From NCBI RefSeq assembly GCF_024298765.1, contig NZ_CP101210.1: a stretch of DNA of 64,000 bases, one strand, 5' to 3'. The translations under genes and the position numbers were made by a program. Below the pieces are notes generated by a model. It worked only from the letters and a program-made list of their open reading frames with translations, was not told the origin of the DNA and searched no databases. The number at the start of each line of letters is the position of its first letter. The first letter of the stretch is position 1. Shown piece by piece: positions 27,617 to 38,856 of the stretch. The DNA comes from Escherichia coli (GTDB lineage: Bacteria; Pseudomonadota; Gammaproteobacteria; Enterobacterales; Enterobacteriaceae).

Positions 27617-29350
27617 ATGCATTCCACAGAAGTCCAGGCTAAACCTCTTTTTAGCTGGAAAGCCCTGGGTTGGGCACTGCTCTACTTTTGGTTTTTCTCT
27701 ACTCTGCTACAGGCCATTATTTACATCAGTGGTTATAGTGGCACTAACGGCATTCGCGACTCGCTGTTATTCAGTTCGCTGTGGTTGATCCCGGTATTCC
27801 TCTTTCCGAAGCGGATTAAAATTATTGCCGCAGTGATCGGCGTGGTGCTATGGGCGGCCTCTCTGGCAGCGTTGTGCTACTACGTCATCTACGGTCAGGA
27901 GTTCTCGCAGAGCGTTCTGTTTGTGATGTTTGAAACCAACACCAACGAAGCCAGCGAGTATTTAAGCCAGTATTTCAGCCTGAAGATTGTGCTTATCGCG
28001 CTGGCCTATACGGCGGTGGCAGTTTTGCTGTGGACGCGCCTGCGCCCGGTCTATATTCCAAAGCCGTGGCGTTATGTTGTCTCTTTTGCCCTACTTTATG
28101 GCTTGATTCTGCATCCGATCGCCATGAATACGTTTATCAAAAACAAGCCATTTGAGAAAACGTTGGATAACCTGGCATCGCGTATGGAGCCTGCCGCACC
28201 GTGGCAATTCCTGACCGGCTATTATCAGTATCGTCAGCAACTAAACTCGCTAACAAAGCTACTGAATGAAAATAATGCCTTGCCGCCGCTGGCGAATTTC
28301 AAAGATGAATCGGGTAACGAACCGCGCACTTTAGTGCTGGTGATTGGCGAGTCGACCCAGCGTGGCCGCATGAGTCTGTACGGTTATCCGCGTGAAACCA
28401 CGCCGGAGCTGGATGCGCTGCATAAAACCGATCCGAATCTGACCGTGTTTAATAACGTGGTGACGTCTCGTCCGTACACCATTGAAATCCTGCAACAGGC
28501 GCTGACCTTTGCCAATGAAAAGAACCCGGATCTGTATCTGACGCAGCCGTCGCTGATGAACATGATGAAACAGGCGGGTTATAAAACCTTCTGGATCACC
28601 AACCAGCAGACGATGACCGCCCGCAATACCATGCTGACGGTATTTTCGCGCCAGACCGACAAGCAGTACTACATGAACCAGCAACGTACGCAGAGTGCGC
28701 GTGAATACGACACCAACGTGCTGAAGCCGTTCCAGGAAGTGCTGAATGACCCTGCGCCGAAGAAACTGATCATCGTTCATCTGCTGGGTACGCATATCAA
28801 ATACAAATACCGCTACCCGGAAAATCAGGGCAAGTTTGATGGCAATACCGATCATGTTCCGCCGGGATTAAGCGCAGAAGAACTGGAGTCATATAACGAT
28901 TATGACAACGCTAACTTGTATAACGATCACGTGGTTGCCAGCCTGATTAAAGACTTTAAAGCGACCGATCCGAACGGTTTCCTGGTTTATTTCTCTGACC
29001 ACGGTGAAGAGGTTTACGACACGCCGCCGCACAAAACTCAGGGGCGTAATGAAGACAACCCGACGCGTCATATGTACACCATTCCGTTCCTGCTGTGGAC
29101 GTCAGAAAAATGGCAAGCGACTCATCCGCGTGATTTCTCACAGGATGTTGATCGTAAATACAGCCTGGCGGAACTGATCCACACCTGGTCAGATTTAGCG
29201 GGCTTATCTTACGACGGTTACGATCCAACCCGTTCAGTGGTGAATCCGCAGTTCAAAGAAACTACCCGCTGGATTGGTAACCCGTACAAGAAAAACGCGC
29301 TGATCGATTACGACACTCTGCCGTATGGCGATCAGGTGGGTAATCAGTAA
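27617..29350 (+). CDS. eptC: Phosphoethanolamine transferase for LPS core (about 577 aa)
   Basis: ORF 27572..29350; start set at MHSTEVQAKPLFSWKALGWALLYFWFF... (N-terminal TM helices followed by a sulfatase-like periplasmic domain). Confidence 0.9.
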   Translation: MHSTEVQAKPLFSWKALGWALLYFWFFSTLLQAIIYISGYSGTNGIRDSLLFSSLWLIPVFLFPKRIKIIAAVIGVVLWAASLAALCYYVIYGQEFSQSVLFVMFETNTNEASEYLSQYFSLKIVLIALAYTAVAVLLWTRLRPVYIPKPWRYVVSFALLYGLILHPIAMNTFIKNKPFEKTLDNLASRMEPAAPWQFLTGYYQYRQQLNSLTKLLNENNALPPLANFKDESGNEPRTLVLVIGESTQRGRMSLYGYPRETTPELDALHKTDPNLTVFNNVVTSRPYTIEILQQALTFANEKNPDLYLTQPSLMNMMKQAGYKTFWITNQQTMTARNTMLTVFSRQTDKQYYMNQQRTQSAREYDTNVLKPFQEVLNDPAPKKLIIVHLLGTHIKYKYRYPENQGKFDGNTDHVPPGLSAEELESYNDYDNANLYNDHVVASLIKDFKATDPNGFLVYFSDHGEEVYDTPPHKTQGRNEDNPTRHMYTIPFLLWTSEKWQATHPRDFSQDVDRKYSLAELIHTWSDLAGLSYDGYDPTRSVVNPQFKETTRWIGNPYKKNALIDYDTLPYGDQVGNQ

Positions 29351-29354
29351 TTAT

Positions 29355-29470
<116 letters not shown>

Positions 29471-29574
29471 TGCCGCAATGTTTACATCTCACTCCCATCA
29501 GGCCACACTTTTCAGGTGGCCTTTTTTCATAATGCCAGTTACTGTTTTCCCGTCTACATACCTAAGGGAATAAC

Positions 29575-30426
29575 ATGTATCACGACGTCAGCTATCTGCT
29601 CTCCCGCCTGATCAACGGCCCGCTGTCCCTGCGCCAGATTTACTTTGCCAGCAGCAACGGCCCGGTACCCGATCTTGCGTATCAGGTCGATTTTCCACGG
29701 CTGGAAATTGTGCTGGAAGGTGAGTTTATTGATACCGGCGCTGGAGCAGCGTTAGTTCCCGGCGATGTGCTGTACGTCCCTGCTGGTGGCTGGAATTTTC
29801 CACAATGGCAAGCCCCCGCCACCACCTTTAGCGTGCTGTTTGGCAAACAGCAACTCGGCTTCAGCGTTGTGCAATGGGATGGCAAACAATATCAAAATCT
29901 GGCGAAGCAACACGTCGCCCGACGCGGCCCGCGCATTGGTTCTTTTCTGCTACAAACGCTCAATGAAATGCAAATGCAGTCGCAGGAGCAGCAAACGGCC
30001 AGACTTATCGTCGCCAGCCTGCTTAGCCACTGCCGCGATTTGCTCGGCAGCCAAATCCAGACCGCCTCACGCAGCCAGGCACTGTTCGAAGCTATTCGTG
30101 ATTATATCGACGAACGCTATGCCTCCGCGCTTACCCGCGAATCTGTCGCACAGGCATTCTATATTTCGCCAAATTACCTCTCGCACCTGTTTCAAAAAAC
30201 GGGGGCCATTGGTTTTAACGAATACCTGAATCACACGCGACTGGAGCACGCTAAGACGTTATTGAAAGGCTATGACCTGAAGGTAAAAGAAGTGGCGCAC
30301 GCCTGCGGCTTTGTCGACAGCAACTACTTCTGCCGTCTGTTTCGTAAAAATACCGAACGCTCGCCGTCGGAATATCGTCGGCAGTACCACAGCCAACTGA
30401 CAGAAAAACCGACTACTCCAGAATAA
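29575..30426 (+). CDS. yijO: AraC-family transcriptional regulator (283 aa)
   Basis: C-terminal AraC-type HTH (ISPNYLSHLFQKTGAIGFNEYLNHTRLEHAKTLL...); position between eptC and the frw cluster. Confidence 0.85.
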   Translation: MYHDVSYLLSRLINGPLSLRQIYFASSNGPVPDLAYQVDFPRLEIVLEGEFIDTGAGAALVPGDVLYVPAGGWNFPQWQAPATTFSVLFGKQQLGFSVVQWDGKQYQNLAKQHVARRGPRIGSFLLQTLNEMQMQSQEQQTARLIVASLLSHCRDLLGSQIQTASRSQALFEAIRDYIDERYASALTRESVAQAFYISPNYLSHLFQKTGAIGFNEYLNHTRLEHAKTLLKGYDLKVKEVAHACGFVDSNYFCRLFRKNTERSPSEYRRQYHSQLTEKPTTPE

Positions 30427-30754
30427 GATGGGTTTGCTGCGGCGCAGAAAGCACTTTGCGCACTGCGCTCATCACCCTCTGCGGCTCACGCAGGAAAGCG
30501 TAGATGCTGCATTGCACGTAGCGACAATGTTCAAATCGCTCAGCACCGGCAAGCTCGATATCCGTAATTAACAGCGCAACATCCGCCCGGCGGATATCCT
30601 CGTCCGCTAAACGATTCTCCGTTCCCAACGCGCCCTGAGTTTCAATGCTAACGCCCCACTTCTCTAACTGGCACAACTTTTCCAGCCGTTCCGCCGCCAT
30701 ATAAGTATGCGCCACGCCGCTTACGCAGGCGGTTACTGCCACCAGGTATGCCAT
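30413..30754 (-). CDS. frwD: PTS fructose-like IIB component 2 (113 aa)
   Basis: ORF 30413..30838; start set at MAYLVAVTACVSGVAHTYMAAERLE... (IIB phospho-Cys motif CxSGxAHT). Confidence 0.85.
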   Translation of the reverse strand: MAYLVAVTACVSGVAHTYMAAERLEKLCQLEKWGVSIETQGALGTENRLADEDIRRADVALLITDIELAGAERFEHCRYVQCSIYAFLREPQRVMSAVRKVLSAPQQTHLILE

Positions 30755-30755
30755 T

Positions 30756-31634
30756 TTAACCTCCCACGGTAACCTGAAATCCGGCCCGTTCTGCCATTTC
30801 ACGCATCGTTGCCACATCGGCTGACGACGGCGCAGCAACCTCTTTCATCGACCATGTTTTCCCCAGCAGGCGGTATTTCGGCTCGCCGTACTGATGAAAC
30901 GGTAACAGATGGATCTGCCTGATATTCAGCGGGATCAGCACGTCCAGCGCCTGCTGCATATTCTCCCGGCTGAGCGTGAAACCAGGGATCAGCGGTAAAC
31001 GCGGGATCACGTTGACACCCTCACTCACCAGCAAACGCAGATTCTCCAGCACGCGTTGCAGGTTCATCTTCACCACATCCCGCGCCTGAGCCGCATCCAT
31101 AATTTTTAAATCGAACAACACTTCATCGCACAATTTCGCCAGCGGTAACAGCTTGCTGGCTGGCGCGTCTCCGGCAGTTTCGATGGCGCATGACACACCC
31201 CATAGCCGCAGTCGCTGTAAAAAACGGGTCGCAAACTCCGCCTGCATTAACACTTCGCCGCCAGAAAGCGTGACGCCACCGCCGGACGTGCGAAAGAAAA
31301 TGTCATCTTTCATCACTTCCCGTTCCAGAGCGTCAAGACTGATATCGCGGCCAATCCGTTCAAATGCCCCGGAGGGGCATTCATCCGCATCACGCAAACA
31401 TTTCGCGCAGTGCAGACATTTCGCCTCTCTGCGCACCGTCTGGATTTTGCCGGAGATCGACTCCGGATTAGCACACCATGGGCAAAGATGCGGACAGCCT
31501 TTAAAAAAGACCACCGTACGAATGCCCTCGCCGTCATTCAGTGAATAACGCTGAATGTTGAAAATGCGCGCCACATCATCGCGGCGCGTTTCCACAACGT
31601 TACAGCTGATGCGCTGTCCGGCGGATGATGTCAT
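30756..31634 (-). CDS. pflC: Pyruvate formate-lyase 2 activating enzyme, radical SAM (about 292 aa)
   Basis: ORF 30756..31703; start set at MTSSAGQRISCNVVETRR...; radical-SAM cluster motif GCPHLCPWCANPE. Confidence 0.85.
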   Translation of the reverse strand: MTSSAGQRISCNVVETRRDDVARIFNIQRYSLNDGEGIRTVVFFKGCPHLCPWCANPESISGKIQTVRREAKCLHCAKCLRDADECPSGAFERIGRDISLDALEREVMKDDIFFRTSGGGVTLSGGEVLMQAEFATRFLQRLRLWGVSCAIETAGDAPASKLLPLAKLCDEVLFDLKIMDAAQARDVVKMNLQRVLENLRLLVSEGVNVIPRLPLIPGFTLSRENMQQALDVLIPLNIRQIHLLPFHQYGEPKYRLLGKTWSMKEVAAPSSADVATMREMAERAGFQVTVGG

Positions 31635-33897
31635 CCTGGATCTCCTTCGACAGTTCGACAAAGAAGGCGCTGTATCCGGCAACGCGCACCACCAGCCCGG
31701 CATAATCTTGTGGGCGCTGTTGCGCTTCCCGCAACGTGTCGGCGTTCACCACGTTAAACTGAATATGCTGCAACTTAAGCTGGGTAAACGCCCGTAAGAA
31801 GTCGGCCAGTTTGCGTAATCCCGCTTCACCTTCCAGGGTCGCCGGAGTGAATTTCACGTTCAGCAACGTACCGTTAGACAGCAGCGTATTATCGAGCTTA
31901 CTGACTGATTTCAGTACCGCCGTTGGCCCTTGTGCATCCTGACCCAGCATGGGTGACAAGCCACCGTCTGCCAGTTGTTCCCCGGCAAAACGACCGTCTG
32001 GCGTCGCGCCAACCACCGATCCCAACGGGACGTGGGCAGAAACGGTATACGATCCCGGCGTGAAGTAGCCGCCGCGCGGGTTCTGGTATTTTTCCACTTC
32101 TTTGCAGTAGTGGCGTAACAGTTCGGCGCTAATGTTATCCACCTCGTCGATATCGTTACCGTATTTCTCGAAGCGGTTAATTAAGCGAGCGCGGACTTTT
32201 TCGCCTTCTGGCGTGGCGAAGTTGGCTTTTAATACCGACAGCAATTCGTCAAAACTTAAACGCTGTTGATCAAAAATCATCCCTTTCAACGCATGGAGAG
32301 AATCGCTCAGGTTGGCGATACCGATCCCCTGTACGCCGGAGAAGTTATAACGCGCGCCGCCATCGGTAATATCGCGACCTTTTTCCAGACAATCGCTGAT
32401 AAAAGACGAGAGTAGCGGTACAGGAGCCCAGTCGCGATGGCCGATATCACAAATATTGCTGCCCTCAACCATCAGGGTGATGTAGTGGCTGATCTTGGCG
32501 CGGATCTGTTCCAGTAAACCTTCATAAGTCAGCGCAGCGTTGCCTTCATTTTCATGCAGGCAGATTTCCATCACTTTCAGCAGGTTAAACATCGCGATGT
32601 CATGCAAGCCGTAGGTTCTGCCGGGAATAGATAATTCCACACAGCCCACTACGGAATAGTCGCGCGCATCTTCCAGCGAAACGCCACGGTTGAGGAACGC
32701 TGGCACCACCACTTCATCGTTAAAGATTTGCGGAATACCGGTGCCGAGGCGAATGGTTTCTGCGGTTTTCATCAGGAACGGCGTGTCGATCAAGGCGTTA
32801 GTGCGCACGCCGAGGTTCGGTTGCGGTAATTGCACGCTTTGATAAGCGTCAAGGCAAAGGAACGAAAGCACGTTCACCGCGCTACGTCCGTTCTCGGTTA
32901 ACCCGCCGAGCAGTGCGGTATAGCCGGTAGGGAAACCTGCGAAATAACGCGCGCTACTGGTGGAGCGCAACAGCACGATGTCGTTGCATTTCACCCATAA
33001 AGATTCGAGCAGTTCTTTCAGGAATGCCGGATCTTCGTCCTGGGTTAATGATGCCTGATAGAACGGCAACATATACTGGTCGAAGCGCCCCAACGATAGC
33101 GAACTGGCGTTGGATTCGTATTGCAGAATGATGTTCATGTACCAGAATAACTGGCACGCCTGCCAGAACGTCTGCGGCTTATGTTCGGCGTTATGGCGGG
33201 AGATCTCCGCAATGGTCAGCAGTTCTTCGCGACGCTGGCCATCAGTGCAGCTTGCCGCCATCGTTTCCGCCAGTTCGGCGTAACGCAAAATATGTTTCTG
33301 CGAGGCTTCCAGCAGTAACAGCGCTGCCTGATAAAAGTGATTCTCCGGCTGTTGCTGACAATGTTGCTGCATCTGTGCCACCAGCTCCCCCAGCCCGTGA
33401 TTCAGCAGGCGCGGGTAATCAATAATAATGTGCCCCTGGCCTTTATCCGTCTGGTTGATGCTGAAAATCTGCGTGCTGGTCGCGGCTTTTACTTCATCCG
33501 TCATCTGCCCGTTGATGAAATCTTTCATCGAACGTTTTTCCCAGTACGGGAACAACTCTTCGCGGTAGATACGTTTATCTTCTTCGCTGATAGCAAAGCG
33601 GTCCTGCGGACGCGTCGGGAATTGATCCAGCTCTTTCAGCAGCCAGTAAGGGTCCATTTCCGGCGACATAATCCCGGCGCGCGGTTTTACGGTGCGGTTA
33701 CCGGCAATCAGTTCTTCATCACGAATCGAAATTTCAACGTGTTCAAGGATATACGCTGTTGCTTTCGCCCGACGCATTATCACCGGCTCCCCTTCGGTTT
33801 GCCGATGGCTGGCGGTATAAAGCAACGCCCGCTCCAGCGAGATTTCACGGGTATTGGCAAACAGTGCAGTTTTGAGGCGAGAGATACGATTCGTCAT
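31600..33897 (-). CDS. pflD: Formate acetyltransferase 2 / glycyl-radical enzyme (765 aa)
   Basis: Full-length ORF MTNRISRLKTALFANTREISLERALLY... with the C-terminal glycyl-radical motif VVRVAGYSAFF; overlaps the pflC start. Confidence 0.93.
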   Translation of the reverse strand: MTNRISRLKTALFANTREISLERALLYTASHRQTEGEPVIMRRAKATAYILEHVEISIRDEELIAGNRTVKPRAGIMSPEMDPYWLLKELDQFPTRPQDRFAISEEDKRIYREELFPYWEKRSMKDFINGQMTDEVKAATSTQIFSINQTDKGQGHIIIDYPRLLNHGLGELVAQMQQHCQQQPENHFYQAALLLLEASQKHILRYAELAETMAASCTDGQRREELLTIAEISRHNAEHKPQTFWQACQLFWYMNIILQYESNASSLSLGRFDQYMLPFYQASLTQDEDPAFLKELLESLWVKCNDIVLLRSTSSARYFAGFPTGYTALLGGLTENGRSAVNVLSFLCLDAYQSVQLPQPNLGVRTNALIDTPFLMKTAETIRLGTGIPQIFNDEVVVPAFLNRGVSLEDARDYSVVGCVELSIPGRTYGLHDIAMFNLLKVMEICLHENEGNAALTYEGLLEQIRAKISHYITLMVEGSNICDIGHRDWAPVPLLSSFISDCLEKGRDITDGGARYNFSGVQGIGIANLSDSLHALKGMIFDQQRLSFDELLSVLKANFATPEGEKVRARLINRFEKYGNDIDEVDNISAELLRHYCKEVEKYQNPRGGYFTPGSYTVSAHVPLGSVVGATPDGRFAGEQLADGGLSPMLGQDAQGPTAVLKSVSKLDNTLLSNGTLLNVKFTPATLEGEAGLRKLADFLRAFTQLKLQHIQFNVVNADTLREAQQRPQDYAGLVVRVAGYSAFFVELSKEIQDDIIRRTAHQL

Positions 33898-33947
33898 GAG
33901 GAACTCCTGTGGGAAAGCGAACCCGCCCTTGCGGGCGGGATAAGAAC

Positions 33948-34268
33948 TTAAGCGGTTTGTGCCAGGTGAGCTTCAATTTTGCTCATAATGGCGTCAGCAC
34001 GTTTTACTGCGTCGCTGATGTTGACACGCACGATAGTCTTGCCAGCAAAACGCTCTTCAAATTTGATGCCGATATCTTTGGTCAAAATCACCATATCGGC
34101 GCTTGCCACGTCTTCCGCAGTCAGTTCATTTTCCAGACCAATCGACCCCTGGGTTTCTACTTTCACTTCCCAGCCTTTCGCTTTCGCGGCGCTTTCCAGC
34201 GCCTCTGCCGCCATATAAGTATGGGCAACACCTGAAGGACATGCGGTTACTGCGATAATTTTCGTCAT
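33948..34268 (-). CDS. frwB: PTS fructose-like IIB component 1 (106 aa)
   Basis: MTKIIAVTACPSGVAHTYMAAEALE...; paralogous to frwD. Confidence 0.9.
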   Translation of the reverse strand: MTKIIAVTACPSGVAHTYMAAEALESAAKAKGWEVKVETQGSIGLENELTAEDVASADMVILTKDIGIKFEERFAGKTIVRVNISDAVKRADAIMSKIEAHLAQTA

Positions 34269-34282
34269 GGCTCGTTCCTCAA

Positions 34283-35362
34283 TTAATTAATTTCAAAATC
34301 CAGATCCAGGTCGTCTTCCTTCTCTTCAGTTGAAGACCCATTTTTACGCGCCAGACTTTTCAGCACGTTCACGCAGACTGCCGTCACAACCGCCCCGACA
34401 GCCACTGCCGCGATGTAACCCAACTTACCTTCAACCACCGGCAGCACAATCAGACCACCCCAGCCTGCATAGCACTGCGCACCGACCAGCGCCGCAGTTA
34501 CCGCACTACAAACTGAACCGACCATGATGGAAGGAATGACACGCAGCGGATCGGCAGCGGCGAAAGGAATCGCCCCTTCAGTAACGCCAACACAGCCCAT
34601 CACCAGTGCCGCCTTGCCGGTTTCGCGCTCTTCTGCGGAGAAATTTTTACGACCAATCAGCGTCGCCAGCCCCATCCCCAGCGGTGGAACACAAATCCCA
34701 ACAGCGGCAATAGCCACCACGGTATAAACACCCTGAGCAACGCAAATCAGCATGAAGGCATAGGCCACTTTGTTAACCGGGCCGCCCATATCGAACGCCA
34801 GCATCAGACCCATGATCACCGCCAGCATAACAATGCTGCCCTGCTGCATCCCCTGAAGCCACTGGGTCAGGCTGTTGGTCAACGCCCCCACCGGCTCGCC
34901 CAGCCCCCACATCATGACGCCAGCGGTAATCAGTGTGCCGACGATTGGAATGATGAAGATTGGCATCACCGAGCGCAGAACTTTATGCACCGGAATTTTC
35001 TTCAGGTAATGCACCACGATGCCGCCGATAATCCCGGCGATCAGCGCACCAAAGAAGCCCGCGCCAAAGCTGTTACCAACCCAGGCACCGATAGCGCATG
35101 GAGCCAGCGCAGAACGTTCTGCAATGGAATAACCGATGTAAGCGGCGAGGAAAGGCACCATCAGCGTCAAACCTGCAACGCCGATATCAAACAGTTTTTT
35201 CAGATTCGGATCGGCTACGGCATCCGGCACTGCGCCTTTGCCATACAACATGACGGAAACCGCCAGCAAAATACCGCCCGATACCACGAAGGGAATCATG
35301 TGTGAAACGCCCGTCATTAAATGCTGACGGGTATTTTTCAGGATCTGCACCAACTCATTCAT
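34283..35362 (-). CDS. frwC: PTS fructose-like IIC permease (359 aa)
   Basis: Polytopic membrane ORF MNELVQILKNTRQHLMTGVSHMIPFVVSGG... Confidence 0.9.
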   Translation of the reverse strand: MNELVQILKNTRQHLMTGVSHMIPFVVSGGILLAVSVMLYGKGAVPDAVADPNLKKLFDIGVAGLTLMVPFLAAYIGYSIAERSALAPCAIGAWVGNSFGAGFFGALIAGIIGGIVVHYLKKIPVHKVLRSVMPIFIIPIVGTLITAGVMMWGLGEPVGALTNSLTQWLQGMQQGSIVMLAVIMGLMLAFDMGGPVNKVAYAFMLICVAQGVYTVVAIAAVGICVPPLGMGLATLIGRKNFSAEERETGKAALVMGCVGVTEGAIPFAAADPLRVIPSIMVGSVCSAVTAALVGAQCYAGWGGLIVLPVVEGKLGYIAAVAVGAVVTAVCVNVLKSLARKNGSSTEEKEDDLDLDFEIN

Positions 35363-35670
35363 AAGCTGCTCCCGGGCTTGCGAAAGCCCATGTCCATATT
35401 TTTGATGGAAGAAACAATAGGCAATCGCAGGCGGAGCAAACAGTGGATAAAAAGGCCATTTACTGGACTTTTGTAATATCAGTACAAAAATGCGATCCGC
35501 CTCATAACTTGCGATAATCCGGAAGCATGCCGCAAAACGGCGTCTTGTGAGACGCGTCGCAAATTGACGGTTACATTACATTTGTCCAGCTTTTGGCAGA
35601 TTTGTCACATGGCAGGCCGTTACCGTGCGCTCTTATCCTGTAAACAGAAAACCGTACCGGGAGAAAGGCA

Positions 35671-38172
35671 ATGGCCCTGATTGTGGAATTTATTTGTGAG
35701 CTACCTAACGGCGTCCATGCGCGTCCGGCAAGCCACGTTGAAACGCTGTGTAATACTTTTTCATCACAAATTGAGTGGCATAACCTGCGCACTGACCGCA
35801 AGGGCAACGCCAAAAGCGCCCTTGCGCTGATTGGCACCGATACGCTGGTGGGCGATAACTGCCAGTTACTGATTTCCGGGGCCGACGAACAGGAAGCGCA
35901 CCAGCGTTTAAGCCAGTGGCTGCGCGATGAATTCCCCCACTGCGACGCACCGCTGGCGGAAGTAAAATCTGACGAACTGGAACCACTGCCGATTTCACTG
36001 ACCAATCTGAATCCGCAAATTATCCGTGCTCGCATCGTGTGCAGCGGTAGCGCAGGCGGCATTCTGACGCCGATCTCTTCTTTAGATCTCAATGCGCTGG
36101 GTAATCTTCCCGCAGCCAAAGGCGTTGACGCCGAACAATCCGCACTGGAAAACGGTCTGACGCTGGTACTGAAAAACATAGAGTTTCGTCTGCTGGATAG
36201 CGACGGTGCTACCAGCGCGATTCTGGAAGCGCACCGATCCCTGGCTGGCGATACTTCCCTGCGCGAACATTTACTGGCAGGTGTCAGCGCCGGATTAAGC
36301 TGCGCCGAAGCGATTGTTGCCAGTGCGAATCACTTTTGCGAAGAGTTCGCCCGTTCCAGCAGCAGCTACCTGCAAGAACGTGCCCTGGACGTACGCGACG
36401 TCTGCTTCCAGTTACTCCAGCAAATCTACGGTGAGCAACGCTTCCCGGCACCGGGCAAACTGACGCAGCCCGCCATTTGTATGGCTGATGAACTGACCCC
36501 CAGCCAGTTCCTCGAACTGGATAAAAATCACCTCAAAGGTCTATTACTGAAAAGTGGCGGCACCACCTCACATACGGTGATCCTTGCCCGTTCGTTCAAC
36601 ATTCCGACGCTGGTAGGTGTGGATATTGATGCCCTTACTCCGTGGCAGCATCAAACGATTTATATCGACGGCAACGCAGGGGCGATTGTGGTTGAGCCAG
36701 GGGAAGCCGTGGCCCGTTATTATCAGCAAGAAGCCCGCGTACAGGACGCCCTGCGTGAGCAACAGCGTGTCTGGCTGACCCAACAAGCCCGTACCGCTGA
36801 CGGTATCCGCATTGAAATTGCCGCTAACATCGCTCACTCCGTGGAAGCGCAGGCCGCATTCGGCAATGGTGCGGAAGGCGTTGGTTTATTCCGCACTGAA
36901 ATGCTCTATATGGATCGCACCAGTGCACCGGGCGAAAGCGAGCTGTACAACATTTTTTGTCAGGCGCTGGAGTCCGCCAACGGACGCAGCATTATTGTGC
37001 GCACTATGGATATTGGCGGTGACAAACCCGTTGATTATCTGAATATTCCCGCAGAGGCAAACCCGTTCCTCGGTTATCGCGCGGTGCGTATTTATGAAGA
37101 ATACGCGTCGTTGTTTACCACACAACTACGGTCGATCCTGCGCGCCTCTGCTCACGGCAGCCTGAAAATCATGATCCCGATGATCTCCTCAATGGAAGAG
37201 ATCTTATGGGTGAAAGAAAAACTGGCGGAAGCCAAACAGCAACTGCGTAACGAACACATTCCGTTTGATGAGAAGATTCCACTCGGCATCATGCTGGAAG
37301 TGCCGTCGGTGATGTTCATCATCGATCAATGCTGCGAAGAGATTGATTTCTTTAGTATTGGTAGTAATGACCTGACGCAATATCTACTGGCAGTGGATCG
37401 CGATAACGCTAAGGTGACTCGTCACTACAACAGCCTGAATCCAGCATTCTTGCGGGCGCTCGATTACGCCGTGCAGGCGGTGCATCGCCAGGGCAAATGG
37501 ATTGGTCTGTGCGGTGAACTGGGAGCGAAAGGTTCCGTGCTGCCGTTGCTGGTCGGTTTAGGGCTGGATGAACTCAGCATGAGCGCACCATCAATTCCGG
37601 CGGCGAAAGCGCGGATGGCGCAACTTGATAGCCGTGAGTGCCGCAAGTTGCTCAACCAGGCAATGGCCTGCCGTACTTCGCTGGAAGTGGAACACCTGCT
37701 GGCGCAATTCCGCATGACCCAACAAGACGCACCGCTGGTCACCGCCGAGTGCATCACACTGGAAAGCGACTGGCGCAGCAAAGAAGAAGTGCTCAAAGGC
37801 ATGACCGATAACCTGCTGCTGGCGGGCCGCTGTCGCTATCCGCGTAAACTGGAAGCCGACTTGTGGGCGCGCGAGGCCGTTTTCTCTACCGGTCTGGGCT
37901 TTAGTTTTGCCATTCCCCACAGCAAATCAGAACACATTGAGCAATCCACCATCAGCGTGGCGCGTCTGGCAGCGCCGGTGCGCTGGGGCGATGATGAAGC
38001 GCAATTCATCATTATGTTAACCCTGAACAAACATGCTGCGGGCGATCAGCACATGCGCATTTTCTCGCGCCTCGCTCGTCGCATCATGCACGAAGAATTC
38101 CGTAACGCGCTGGTTAACGCCGCCTCTGCCGACGCTATCGCCAGCCTGCTGCAACATGAACTGGAACTGTAA
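35671..38172 (+). CDS. ptsA: Multiphosphoryl transfer protein: HPr-like, enzyme I-like and EIIA-like domains fused (833 aa)
   Basis: N-terminal HPr-like domain (GVHARPA), central PEP-utilising enzyme I domain, C-terminal IIA-type domain. Confidence 0.9.
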   Translation: MALIVEFICELPNGVHARPASHVETLCNTFSSQIEWHNLRTDRKGNAKSALALIGTDTLVGDNCQLLISGADEQEAHQRLSQWLRDEFPHCDAPLAEVKSDELEPLPISLTNLNPQIIRARIVCSGSAGGILTPISSLDLNALGNLPAAKGVDAEQSALENGLTLVLKNIEFRLLDSDGATSAILEAHRSLAGDTSLREHLLAGVSAGLSCAEAIVASANHFCEEFARSSSSYLQERALDVRDVCFQLLQQIYGEQRFPAPGKLTQPAICMADELTPSQFLELDKNHLKGLLLKSGGTTSHTVILARSFNIPTLVGVDIDALTPWQHQTIYIDGNAGAIVVEPGEAVARYYQQEARVQDALREQQRVWLTQQARTADGIRIEIAANIAHSVEAQAAFGNGAEGVGLFRTEMLYMDRTSAPGESELYNIFCQALESANGRSIIVRTMDIGGDKPVDYLNIPAEANPFLGYRAVRIYEEYASLFTTQLRSILRASAHGSLKIMIPMISSMEEILWVKEKLAEAKQQLRNEHIPFDEKIPLGIMLEVPSVMFIIDQCCEEIDFFSIGSNDLTQYLLAVDRDNAKVTRHYNSLNPAFLRALDYAVQAVHRQGKWIGLCGELGAKGSVLPLLVGLGLDELSMSAPSIPAAKARMAQLDSRECRKLLNQAMACRTSLEVEHLLAQFRMTQQDAPLVTAECITLESDWRSKEEVLKGMTDNLLLAGRCRYPRKLEADLWAREAVFSTGLGFSFAIPHSKSEHIEQSTISVARLAAPVRWGDDEAQFIIMLTLNKHAAGDQHMRIFSRLARRIMHEEFRNALVNAASADAIASLLQHELEL

Positions 38173-38183
38173 AAGGAAACATC

Positions 38184-38846
38184 ATGGAACTGTATCTGGA
38201 CACCGCTAACGTCGCAGAAGTCGAACGTCTGGCACGCATATTCCCGATTGCCGGGGTGACAACTAACCCGAGCATTATCGCTGCCAGCAAGGAGTCCATC
38301 TGGGAAGTGCTGCCGCGCCTTCAAAAAGCGATCGGTGATGAGGGAATTCTGTTTGCTCAGACCATGAGCCGCGACGCGCAGGGTATGGTGAAAGAAGCGA
38401 AACGCCTGCGCGACGCTATTCCGGGCATTGTGGTTAAAATTCCGGTAACCTCTGAAGGTCTGGCAGCAATTAAAATGCTGAAGAAAGAAGGCATTACTAC
38501 GCTGGGAACCGCAGTGTACAGCGCAGCGCAAGGATTACTGGCGGCGCTGGCTGGAGCCAAATACGTTGCTCCATACGTTAACCGCGTAGATGCCCAGGGC
38601 GGTGACGGCATTCGTACTGTACAGGAGCTGCAAGCGCTGTTGGAAATGCATGCGCCAGAAAGCATGGTGCTGGCTGCCAGCTTTAAAACACCACGTCAGG
38701 CGCTGGACTGTTTACTGGCAGGATGTGAATCCATCACCCTGCCCTTAGATGTAGCGCAACAAATGCTCAACACCCCTGCGGTAGAGTCAGCTATAGAGAA
38801 GTTCGAACACGACTGGAATGCCGCATTTGGCACTACTCATCTCTAA
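38184..38846 (+). CDS. fsaB: Fructose-6-phosphate aldolase 2 (220 aa)
   Basis: [33 protein letters not shown]..., transaldolase-like fold of K-12 length. Confidence 0.93.
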   Translation: MELYLDTANVAEVERLARIFPIAGVTTNPSIIAASKESIWEVLPRLQKAIGDEGILFAQTMSRDAQGMVKEAKRLRDAIPGIVVKIPVTSEGLAAIKMLKKEGITTLGTAVYSAAQGLLAALAGAKYVAPYVNRVDAQGGDGIRTVQELQALLEMHAPESMVLAASFKTPRQALDCLLAGCESITLPLDVAQQMLNTPAVESAIEKFEHDWNAAFGTTHL

Positions 38847-38856
38847 AGGAGCAATT

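Noticed and set aside
28331-28855. 174-aa minus-strand ORF
   Set aside because: Antisense within eptC; low-complexity Arg/Leu/Val-rich product.
33337-33951. 204-aa plus-strand ORF
   Set aside because: Antisense to pflD.
35571-36179. 202-aa minus-strand ORF overlapping the ptsA 5' end
   Set aside because: Overlaps the well-supported ptsA start and promoter region; no RBS; antisense artefact.
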